From NCBI GenBank assembly GCA_054600435.1, contig BAAIJX010000017.1, forward strand, positions 1-64,000: 64,000 bases of DNA. Direction: 5' to 3'. Of this stretch, positions 45,901-56,080 are shown one piece after another (positions within the stretch are counted from its first letter, which is position 1; every line of letters begins with the position of its first letter). The stretch comes from Neophaeotheca triangularis. Its lineage: Eukaryota. The position numbers were made by a program, and so were the translations under genes. The notes below the pieces were generated by a model that was not told the DNA's origin, searched no databases, and saw only the letters and a list, made by a program, of their open reading frames with translations.

Positions 45901-46120
45901 TTCCCAACAGCACCAGCGCTCGGATTTCGAACTCGGGAATGCGTGGGTTAAAGTCTTGTTAGCCGTGCACGGGGATGTCTTTGCTGCTGATGATGAAGGG
46001 GGGTTGAGACGGTTGTTGGGGGAGTGGGCTGCTGGGGCCAAAGGAGAGAGGAGGAGAGTGGGGGCGTTGGTTGAGGGCGTGCTTGGGTTGGGAGGATGGG
46101 TGGGTGCTGCGAGGGTTTAG
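42907..46120 (+). CDS. UTP21: U3 snoRNA-associated WD40 protein Utp21 (WDR36)
   Basis: Exons 42907-43038 and 43097-46120; SRIFAPYR|TIGLVSPT, WD repeats and Utp21 C-terminal LDLIRQRNKPLEPPKKPEKAPFFL. Confidence 0.95.
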
Positions 46121-46879
46121 CAGGAGGGGGTAGGAGGGACGGGGAGGTATTGATTGTAGGATTGTTTGTAAGGCAGGGGTTTTGGGGGATTTGGTGTGGG
46201 GGGTTTTGTGATGCGAGTCTGTGTTGTGAGGCGGCGATCTAGATGATGGATAATGCCCTGTACGTAGTGTGCGGTTTGCAGCTCGCACCACATTCTCTGA
46301 GACGGCAGAGAACTGGAAGCAAGGACGCTCGAAGAGCATGCCCGAGCCGCCGTGTCCATGCGTGTCACTACGCGACGCCTGTTCCTGGCTGCATAGGAGT
46401 CTTGTAGTAGCAGAAGCAGCCTCAATTAGTACAGCAAGCTACTAACGTTCATGTACGCTACTTTCGCAAGCACTTTCTATCCAGACCCTTTGCCTCGGGC
46501 GTCATGATATGGCGATGCCCCTAATGCGTCCGCATTCAGCGTCGGCTCTCTTTTCTAGTCGAGGGCTTTCGCCAGTTCCCCCAGAAGTCTTCGGTCCTTC
46601 GGTCTTGCGGGAGGCTAAGGGCCATCGTTGCTAGAAACTCGGCATTATTACTGATGGTTTTTTTGTGTTTCGATGTCTAGAACGGTAGAGGGAATACGGA
46701 GATTTTCAAGGAGGTACGTCTCACGCTCAGAGAGTCCAATCGACGGCAACGTGTCTAAATCATTTTGTATTCCATAATCTGTGCTATATGGGAATAAGCC
46801 ATCATAACCTTGCTCTGATTGCTTTTTCGCGTCTACCACATCAGTCGTTGAGCCCTCGAGCTAATCCTCTCAGCAAAAC

Positions 46880-48004
46880 CTACTTCTGCACCAATCGAAC
46901 CACCCTCAAAACATCCGCCAATACCCCCATGGCCGTCACCTCCCCACCAGCACCGGCACCCTGCACAATAAGCGGGTTTCCACCATACCTCTGCGTATAA
47001 AAGTTGATGATGTTATCGCTCCCCTTGAGAGCAGCGATCGGGTGGCTCTTGTCGAACTTCTCCAACCCGACCTTGACACTCCCGGCCTCGACGTCAATGG
47101 CACCCACGAAACGCACGACCTTGTTTTCCTTGGCGGCTTCCGCCTTGAGGGCGTCCATTTCGCTGTCGAATTGCGGCAGTTTGGCCATGAAGTCGTCGCC
47201 GGAAGTGCAGGACTCGAGAGCAGAGGGGATGAGGGATTGCACGGGGAAAGCGGTGGGGGATTGCACTTGCAAACCCACGATGCGGGCGAGGATTGTGAGT
47301 TTGCGGGCGACGTCTAGACCGTTGAGGTCATCGCGCGGGTCGGGCTCGGTGAAGCCCAGGTCTTTGGCTTTGGCGACTTCGGCGCTGAAGTTGCCACCGG
47401 CGCTACCGTCGGTGGGCTGGAATTGGTTGAAGAGAAAGGACATGGTGCCGGAGAAGACGCCCTCGATTTTTGTTACGCGGTCACCGGTGGCGAGGAGGTC
47501 GTGAAGGGTGCTGAGGACGGGGAGACCGGCGCCGACAGTGGCTTCGTGGTAGATGTGGCCGGCGGTGGCGGGGCCGCTGCCGCTGGCCGAGGAGGCGAAA
47601 ATGCTTTGCCAGAGCGGGAGCTCGTCGCTGAAGGCTTTTTTGTTGGGCGTGCAGACTGAAACGCCTTGGGAGAGGATCGAGGGGTACTGAGAGGCGAGGG
47701 TCGGGTCGGAGGTGTTGTCGACCAGGATTGCGGGGCCGGGGGCTTTGGAGAGTTGGGAGACGGTCTCGTCGATGCTGGGGGAGGGGGTTGTGATTGTTTC
47801 GAGTTCGGAGAGAACGGTGGAAATGTTGAGGGCGGCGTAGTTTTGGGACACGAGTTGTTTGTTGCTGCGGCGGACCAGGACTAGGCGGAGGTCGATGGGG
47901 GGGTTTTGTTTGGCCAGGCGGGTTTGCAGGAAGGAGAGTTGACTGAGGAAGGCCTTGCCGACGCCGCCGACACCGATGACGCCTAGGAAGATGCTTTGAG
48001 CCAT
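46880..48004 (-). CDS. HOM6: Homoserine dehydrogenase
   Basis: ATG at 48004; GVIGVGGVG, VDNTS, TPNKK, HEATVGAGLP, EGVFSGT, EPDPRDDLNGLDVARK and GAGAGGEVTA. Confidence 0.96.
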   Translation of the reverse strand: MAQSIFLGVIGVGGVGKAFLSQLSFLQTRLAKQNPPIDLRLVLVRRSNKQLVSQNYAALNISTVLSELETITTPSPSIDETVSQLSKAPGPAILVDNTSDPTLASQYPSILSQGVSVCTPNKKAFSDELPLWQSIFASSASGSGPATAGHIYHEATVGAGLPVLSTLHDLLATGDRVTKIEGVFSGTMSFLFNQFQPTDGSAGGNFSAEVAKAKDLGFTEPDPRDDLNGLDVARKLTILARIVGLQVQSPTAFPVQSLIPSALESCTSGDDFMAKLPQFDSEMDALKAEAAKENKVVRFVGAIDVEAGSVKVGLEKFDKSHPIAALKGSDNIINFYTQRYGGNPLIVQGAGAGGEVTAMGVLADVLRVVRLVQK

Positions 48005-48386
48005 GCTTAGAGTTGTTTGGCGGAGTATGTGTCTAAGCAGATTTTGGTTGATGTTTTTCTCGAGTACAGTCCTTTTGATATGGCAGTTTGTGCTCAGCAG
48101 TGAGGGGCACAAATTCTGATATTGATATCCCAGCGATACCGGACGTTTGGAGGGGTACGCCGCTAATGCAGGGACACCCGCAAACCTTCGGCGGGGCTTA
48201 TCGCTTATCGGCAGCTTACCTAAACATTCGAGATAACTTAACTTATCCGAGAGCTCACTTGGACTTCAACCACACCTGCTCTACCTCTCTCTCCAACATT
48301 AACACTCCTCCTCCAACCTCTTTTCTTTCTCGAAATTCATCATCCACACATATTACCCGAACACCTATCCAACTTTCAGCGCAAAC

Positions 48387-49496
48387 ATGCCACCGAAACC
48401 AAGCGAAAAACTCGACTTCGCAGCCCAAATGGCGCTAGCAATGTCGCAACCCTCCGCACGCAAGTCCAAACATTCCGACAAAAGCACCAACAGCAGCAAA
48501 GACGATCTCTTCAAGTCCAAAGACAAACCCCGTGGTGACGGAGCTAAACGCGCTGCCCGCGATCTTACCGACTCTCCCGCATTCGCGCGCAAGGAGCAGA
48601 AACACAGCACCACCACCCCTAACCTCGATAGTCAGGACTGGGCGCGCAGTCAGAAAAATATGGAGAGGAAGGCCAAGCTTTATAACGCTATCAAGCGTGG
48701 AGATGCAGAGGACGTGGGTGGGAGGTATGAGGTTGACTTCGACCGGAAGTGGGCTGAGAAGCAGGAGGCCGGGGTCGAAAGGGCTTCGGAGGATGAGTTT
48801 TCCGGCGATGAAGAGGGGGTGGAGACTGCGGGGACGGTGGAGATTCAAGATGAGTTTGGGCGTACGCGGGTTGTCGACAAGAAGGAGGCTGCCCGTTTGG
48901 AGCGCGTGAGAAAGGCCGAGGAGAGACAGGAGAGAATGCGTGAGGAGCTGAGACCGCAGGCTCCCGGCGGCTTGATCTACGGCGATACGATCCAGAGCGA
49001 TGCTTTCAAGGCCAAGGATGGTATGGAGTACCTGGCCGCCAAGAGGGACAAGTATGCTTCCCCCACCCCAAGTTCGGACGTGTGGAGATGGCCTTCGGAT
49101 TATTCTGAGATGTCTAATACTTACAATTTTAACTCCAGGTCCGAGACGCCGCCGCCAGAGCAGCATTTTGATTCGAGGCAGGAGTCGCGTGCTCGCGGCA
49201 CGGGGTTCTATGGGTTTAGTCAGGATGCAGAGGAAAGGAGGAGGCAGAAGGAAGAGTTGGAGGAGAGGCGCAAGGAGACGGAGAGGGCGCGTGGTGAGGG
49301 TGAGAGTTCCGAGGAGAAGATGGCGAGGGAGAGAATTGAGGAGGAGAGGAAGCGTGCTTGGGCGAAAAAGGGCTCAAAGCGCATGGCGGATGACTTCCTT
49401 GGCGAGTTGGAGGCGGAGAGGGATGGCAAGAGGCGCTTTGTCAAGGGTGGCGAGATGGGAGAGGATGGGGTGGAGAAGGATGTGCGTGATGAGTAG
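48387..49496 (+). CDS. DUF4078/CCDC174-like coiled-coil protein
   Basis: MERKAKLY, VDFDRKW, DEFGRTR, IYGDTIQ, HFD..E.RARGTGFYGFSQD motifs; probable 87-nt intron at 49052-49138. Confidence 0.8.
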   Translation: MPPKPSEKLDFAAQMALAMSQPSARKSKHSDKSTNSSKDDLFKSKDKPRGDGAKRAARDLTDSPAFARKEQKHSTTTPNLDSQDWARSQKNMERKAKLYNAIKRGDAEDVGGRYEVDFDRKWAEKQEAGVERASEDEFSGDEEGVETAGTVEIQDEFGRTRVVDKKEAARLERVRKAEERQERMREELRPQAPGGLIYGDTIQSDAFKAKDGMEYLAAKRDKYASPTPSSDVWRWPSDYSEMSNTYNFNSRSETPPPEQHFDSRQESRARGTGFYGFSQDAEERRRQKEELEERRKETERARGEGESSEEKMARERIEEERKRAWAKKGSKRMADDFLGELEAERDGKRRFVKGGEMGEDGVEKDVRDE

Positions 49497-50789
49497 GTGG
49501 TTTGCCCTAGGGGCTGAGAGGCTTAGCGCTGCGGCTTGAAAGTGCTTGGAGAGTTACTACACGAGCGATGCAGCGATATCAGCGAGGCGTTATGGGATTC
49601 TCGCGACGATTTATGCTAGATACCCCCTCAAGCATTGGCCATTTGAAAGTATGATGTACCCTCTGGAGACAGCAAAACATGTTTGAAGGCAAAGGTTTGG
49701 TGGCTGTTACGACTTGCCGAGGGATGCAAACCTAAGCAGGCAACAGTGACAGCAAGGCATTCGAAAGCGCTACACGGACGCGAACATCAGATTTCTCCTA
49801 GGATCTTCACCTATCAACAGAGCGCGCGATAGTGTCGGGCCATAGTTAAAAATTATTGAGGCCGCAAGCGTCCGGATTTTTCGCTGGGAAATACGATAAA
49901 AGCGATAGCAGCAAGACGGTACAGGGCTCTCGCGGCAAACCAAACTTGCGATTTAACAACAAAAGCAAGTGGCCTCGCAACCAGCTTCAGAAGCCTCCAT
50001 CGGCAGGCTAGAGATCAAAACGGCAACGAGAAATACTGGATATCCACCACTCTTAGAGATCAGCATTCTCCCACGAGAGACGATATCAAATGCTTCTTCT
50101 GAGTTTGGTCATGCAATAGGCTCGGCGGCGGAAGTGTTCGCGAGGCTGTTCCACGGAGTTGAGTGATTTGGTTATTGAAAGATCGATTGTTCAAGTGCCG
50201 ATGATGTGGATTGTTTCTACATGATTGAACGTCTCCCGATTTTCCAACAGTCCTCCTCTCGTGATTGGGGTGGTCTTCAACTGAGGTAGGATTTTATATG
50301 TGCCTGAGGCTGCAACAGCTACCAGGGTCGTGCACGTGCCAATGTAATTGGACCACACTACAGCGGCAGATTTCAAGTTCCTCAACTTCAACGACTTCTC
50401 TCGCAAATGCAACGCAATGCACAGAAGAGAAGCAAAGATCCGTAGTCGGATGGCAAGTCTAGCGATAGTGGACAGGGGCTACCTACCTTCCAAAGGTACA
50501 TCTCACAACACATCGGCCTCTTTCTTTCCAACTCCGGTATCGCCGGAGTTCCAGCTTTACCCTCGGGTGAGCTGATCCCGTTCTCCTCATCATCGCTGCA
50601 AGAGCTAAGGTAAGGTAGGTAAGGTAACTTTGGTGAGTGGGAACAGAGACGTAACGCTCCTTACAAGAATACCGCATAAGGAAGGTCAAGTAAGCAGCAG
50701 CAGCAGCATTTCTCCCGCTCCAATACCAAAACCCTTTCCCTTTCCCTTCCCTCCTCTCCCGCACCCACCAACCTCGATCCCCAGCAAAA

Positions 50790-51767
50790 ATGTCAATCCC
50801 CCCCTTCAAAGACCTCCCCCTAAACAAATCCGGCCCCCACCACAACGCCTGGGGCCTCTACGGCGCCCACGACGAACTGGGAACGCTGAACCGACAAACC
50901 GACGCCCTAGTCGCCAAAGCCGCGACCAGCGAAATCCGCACGGGCGCGCGCATTTCCCTAAACTGGCCCCTGGACGCCCAAGGCGACGCGCCCTTTTTCG
51001 GCCGTCGAGCTTTCCACAAACACGTCTATCAGAAACCGCCGCGCGTCGTGAATGATGACGAGTGGCGCTTCAACACGCAGAGCTCGAGCCAGTGGGATGG
51101 GTTGAGGCATTTTGGGTATCAGAAGGAAGCGGTCTTTTACAACGGGGTCACGCTGGCGGATATTCATGGCGAGGGGTGTGCGCATGGCGAGAGCGGGAGT
51201 ACGGTTAATGGGGTCGGGGCGTGGAGTGAGAAGGGGATTGTGGGGAGGGGGGTGTTGTTGGATTATTGGCGGTGGCTGGTTGGAAAGGGGGGGGAGGGGA
51301 AGCATGGGGCGTTTGAGACGGGGAGTATTGGCGTCGAGGATCTGAAGGCTGTGGCTGAGGCGCAGGGGACGGAGATTCGGTTTGGTGATGTGTTGATTGT
51401 GAGGAGTGGGTACATGGTTGCTTACTACAAGATGAGTCGCGAGGAGGTTGAGACGGCGAGAGCCAAGGTTCCGTTGACGTTTACGGGCTTGGAGCAGAGT
51501 GAGGACATGTTGGAGTTTTTGTGGAGTAATTTCAGTGCTGCTGCGGGTGATCATCCGAGTTTTGAGTGCTGGCCCAGTCAGAAGGATTATTATTTGCATG
51601 AGGTCATGTTGGCGGGTTGGGGGATGCCAATTGGGGAACTCTTTGATCTGGAGAAGTTGAGTGAGCATTGTGCCAAAGTTGGGAGGTGGAGCTTTTTCGT
51701 CGCCAGTGAGCCTACTAATGTGCCAGGGGGCGTGGCGAGTCCGCCCAATATTTTGGCTATTTTTTGA
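50790..51767 (+). CDS. Putative cyclase-family metal-dependent hydrolase
   Basis: 325-aa ORF; NAWG..G..DELGTLN, NTQSSSQWDGLRH, GIVGRGVLLD, GDVLIVRSG, GWGMPIGELFDLE and PGGVASPPN. Confidence 0.9.
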   Translation: MSIPPFKDLPLNKSGPHHNAWGLYGAHDELGTLNRQTDALVAKAATSEIRTGARISLNWPLDAQGDAPFFGRRAFHKHVYQKPPRVVNDDEWRFNTQSSSQWDGLRHFGYQKEAVFYNGVTLADIHGEGCAHGESGSTVNGVGAWSEKGIVGRGVLLDYWRWLVGKGGEGKHGAFETGSIGVEDLKAVAEAQGTEIRFGDVLIVRSGYMVAYYKMSREEVETARAKVPLTFTGLEQSEDMLEFLWSNFSAAAGDHPSFECWPSQKDYYLHEVMLAGWGMPIGELFDLEKLSEHCAKVGRWSFFVASEPTNVPGGVASPPNILAIF

Positions 51768-52546
51768 GCAAGCTTGGTACCCCATGATGAGAATTACGAC
51801 GAATGTCTGTGTATCGAAATTCAGGTTCTGAAACTACATGATTATGCGCACCGCCCTGACTGCCTCTATCCCATCTACCGCAAGACAAGTCACAACAGCC
51901 AGTCAGAGTCAAAACCACCAGGCCTTAGCGAGATCAGAGACCGACGAACATCGACGTAGCAGTCGAACGATGCAAAAATCCACCAGATTGAGACAAGAAG
52001 ACCAAGATCTAGGCTCATGACGAGCACATGAGCGAAACCCGACCCTACACCCTCGCTCTGCCCGGCGGCCTCAAAAAGCCATCTAGGCGCATTTGAAAAA
52101 GTAACCTAATCTACCTACCTTGTAACCATGCTCAGTCACATTGGCAGCAGTCTTGGGAGACATGATACACCAACAATATCTAAGCAAGCTAAACAGCGTT
52201 AGATACTCTGAGATGTCAACCCAAAAGAGCCAAGAGAAAAGCCAAGTCGACAAGAACAAAACTCCGTTTCTCGTCGACGGTGACGGAAACACCAAGCGAG
52301 CGTGGTCGAAGCATCCGTTGTTGGAAAAACGAGCCTCATAGTCGTCAAAATCTCCCAGTCTCGCGTCGAAGCCGTCCATGTCGTTAAGAAAAAAAAAGGA
52401 TAGCCGAAAGTAAGTCGTAGTCGCATCAACAGTAGTCGAACCCCCAAACCGCACTCAGATTCACCATTCCACGAAATCGTCGCCCCAGCACACTACACTA
52501 CACTCCCAAACATCCTACAACGCAAGCCATTAGCCGGCACTCCCGG

Positions 52547-53267
52547 CTACCCCATCAAAACCCTCTGCCCTGATCTGCCGACCCCATGACCCTCCCTCTC
52601 CAAGCCAACAACAAGCTCATGCGCGCCCAAGAACTCCAGCAACGCAACCATCTTCCCGGCCCTCTCCGCCAACTTGCCCTCCCCCCACTCCTCACCACTA
52701 AAACCCCGGCGAACCGAAGAACCGCGCCTGCGACTCCGACCCCGCATGTCGAGTTCATAAGCCGCGAGGATGCGGTCGAGGGTCGCAGTTGTAGCTTCGA
52801 GGAGGTCTTGAAAGCGCATTGGAAGGCGAAATTGCGGCGGATAGCGGCCAGAGGGCGTCATCATGGGGTGGAGTTGGGCGGTGGGGGAAGGGACGCGGAG
52901 GCTGCTGTTTGCGAGGGCGACTTGGAGGTTTGTGCTGAAAAGGATGAGTTAGTCGGTAGATCGGGTGGAGGTGGTGGCTTCTGGGGAATGCTTGCCGGCG
53001 GACTTGGTCTTCCAGGCTGTTGTAGCTGGGTAGTGCTCTTGCCGTGTTGTCGTGGATGTATAGGCTACCTTCGAAAGGAGAGCGGGAGCGGTATTCGGGG
53101 TGGTGGTAGGGAGGTTCGTCGAAGTAGTCTCCCCAACTGACGTCCATGGAATCGCAGACGTAGCGGGGACTGCGGGAATCCATGCTGTGCATTGAGGGTG
53201 AGTAGGGGCCGGAGCGGTAGACGCTATCATCCATGAACCGGCGGGGATAGTTTCTTCTTCCATCCAT
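52547..53267 (-). CDS. Hypothetical protein (two exons, probable GC-AG intron)
   Basis: ORFs 53267-52996 and 52934-52547 join in frame through a 61-nt intron (GCAAGC donor, CTAAC branch, TTTTCAG acceptor): ...YNSLEDQVRR|TNLQVALANSSLR...LHPMMTPSGRYPPQF. Confidence 0.55.
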
Positions 53268-55018
53268 CGAAGTTGTAAAACCGAGAGAGAAGAGACATGA
53301 ATAAATCCGAAAAGTGCTTTTGAGTCGTTGCGTGATTGAAGTTTTGGTTAGAAAGTAGAGAGGGACTTATATCATGCTAACCTTGCACAATTGTTCTGCT
53401 GTGCGAATAGATCGGAGGGAGCGGCACCTATCGCTTCAACAGATGAGAGCGTCGCCGAGCTCAGTCGTCGATAGGATGTGTTCATGCGCATCCGCGGTCT
53501 CAGGTGCCGCCTCGGGTTCTTCCCCGAGTAGCACGACGGCAAGGCCCTGCGTGTTTGATTTGCATTGTCGGGCGTCCTGTCAGGGGTGGCCGCTTTTGCC
53601 TGTAGCCTTTTAGGCATTCTTCGCTGGGCATCGATTTCCAGTCGATCAGTATCACGACAGGAAACAAGGCTCGTCTTCCCCGTTCCAGACGCTGCGGAGT
53701 CCACTCGTGTGCCATCGATCATGGTCATTCGTTGCACGGATGTCTGCATCTGCCAGGCTACGACTTGGTACCGCAAGTGACGATGTTCCTGTAAAGACAC
53801 CCGCCACATGGCAAACTTCATAGAGATTTGAGATGACTTCCCAGAGCCAGGCCGTCTCACGCGAGGTGCCGTGGTGGACTCAATCTCCGAGTCGTGGTTC
53901 GTGTGAGCGTTGCTTGATCTCGCTGTGAGGAGTAAGTCAACTGCGAACTACTCGAGCTGCAGTGACCCGAGCCGTGTCCGGCACTTGTCATGCGCTTTGT
54001 ACGACTTCTCAGCCCCAGACCAAGCGTTGATGAGCGCTCGGCTTTTTCAAAAAGAGGCAGCCACGTGCTACTGGCAGTTGGGCCGCCTCTAGACAGTGAA
54101 ATGCAGAGCGAAGGCCGTTTTTGGAAGCCACGACGTAATGTGACAGGCGCCGTGGCAACCTCGTCATGCTCGTGCAGCGTTCGGTGAAATGCAAAAGCTA
54201 TGGGAGCGAGCCTACCTCACACGACCAGACAAATCCTGGTGTTTCCATCGTGAGAAATGTACTACTGCGCATACCGCCCGAGGGTCGAAAAGACCGGGCT
54301 TGGGCGCGTATGCCAATGACTGGTGCCGCTCATGCCGTTCGATCCGATGTACGGGACTGTTTCTGCTCGGCGTACCGAGTGTGCTGGTGTTGCTATGCCG
54401 TCGTTGACACAAGAGACTGTGCTGTGCGCTCGCATTGGGCATGTCTCTCTAGTCTCGATGGCACGCAGAATGCACCAAGAAGCGTTTGAGCGACGGCGGG
54501 ATGTCTGCGAGAAGTGTTCTGTGGCCGTGGTTGTCGAAATTTGCTCATTTCGCTTCTCGTTCCCCTTGGCTGCAATCGGTGTCCTCTTCGACACACTTGG
54601 CCTCGCCACTGCTGTCTTGCGCGTGCAACAAGGTGTCGCCCAAGCAAGACTGCGTCCCCGACGGCATGCCGAACCTGTTCATGTCGGTTGATCGGTCCAT
54701 ACAAGTTGTGAGTTCCGCGCTTGCATCTTGTCGCCTTCGGCTTACGTAGTTCCGTAGAACAGACGTGAACCCCTCAGCGCTACAAACGTCCGTTGCCACG
54801 TCTGTACTCGACACCTTGAGACTCCCTTCCTCCGAAACTCTCCCTTACGCTCACCTCGCGTTCGCCGTCTTCCAAACCGCCGGCGAACAAGCCTCACGCC
54901 GTAAGTCGAGGCTGCTATGAGCACAAGCATAAAGAACGTCAGGAAGAACTGTCCGTATCCATAGCCGCAAAACCCCCCCTCATTTTCCTCCAAAAACGTA
55001 TCAACGGCGTCCCCACTC

Positions 55019-55444
55019 TTAGCCCATCTTTCCCTTTACACCGTAAGCCTCCCCGACCACTCCATCCCCACCCCCCTCGCCCTCTTCCCACCCCTCCCCG
55101 GAAGGCAAGCCCCCAACCAAACTCCTGACCCTCCTCCTCCCTCCCCCCGGCCTCTCACTCAAACTCGGCGCCCTAGGCCTCCTCTCCCCCCTCGCTCTAC
55201 CCCCCACCCACGGAAACTCAAAAGCCACGATCCGCCAGAGATACAGTAAGAAATCGTAAACGAGGACGAGGACCCAAGGGCCGAAGGTTAGGGTTGCTAG
55301 GATAAGCTGGCGCGGGAGGTTAGTGGTTGGAGGGTGTGTGTTGGGGGTTTTATGGGGGGGAGGGGGGGCTGCGCGTACGAAAGTCCATTTGATGCCGGTT
55401 TCTATGTATTCGAAAGCGGGTGGGAGGATGGAGAAGAGGCCCAT
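55019..55444 (-). CDS. Small hypothetical membrane protein
   Basis: Exons 55444-55379 and 55306-55019 (72-nt GTACGC...CTAAC...CAG intron); hydrophobic LILATLTFGPWVLVLVYDFLLYLWR followed by GGRARGERRPRAPSL. Confidence 0.7.
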   Translation of the reverse strand: MGLFSILPPAFEYIETGIKWTFVRAAPPPPHKTPNTHPPTTNLPRQLILATLTFGPWVLVLVYDFLLYLWRIVAFEFPWVGGRARGERRPRAPSLSERPGGGRRRVRSLVGGLPSGEGWEEGEGGGDGVVGEAYGVKGKMG

Positions 55445-56080
55445 GGCTTTTGGCGGTCGACGTTTTAAGAGTGTGCTTTGTTCGCCGATTTAGGAAGAGT
55501 TTGTGTTTGTGTTTGGATTGAAGATGTTGAAGCGGTTTTGTGAGTCGTGGAATTGCACATGGAAGTTGTAGCTGAGTTTCGATGGGATGCTTGCAGAGGG
55601 ATAGTCGATGTTTGTACTAGCGGTAAGAAAAGACTTTCAATGTGTACGGACGACGATGTAAAAGGCGAAGAGAGGAGGGAAGGGAGGGAGTAAGAGAGTT
55701 TTGTTTCGTCTTGTTTGATGCCCAGCTGCATTGGTTGGGAAACAGCAAGCGCCCCGCTATACATAAGCGACGGGACAATGACGCTCCGTATACCATAGGG
55801 CAAGGGTTGGAGAGACGACTACTAGTACCTAACCACATTGTAATGTTCGAATGAGTACTTGACTCGACCATCCGGGTAATCAGGCAAAACATACAAAGAG
55901 TGCATGTGTACTGTTTCGTTACTAATAAGAATTCTTACACCCACCAACACCCTCCATCTGCTTGTCCCTCCAACGGATGCCTCAACGCCAAACTTCCCGA
56001 ATGGTCAATGAATCACCCAAAACACCAACCAAACCGACCAAGCGAATGTAACCCCATTCTCCTCTCCCACATATACCCCT

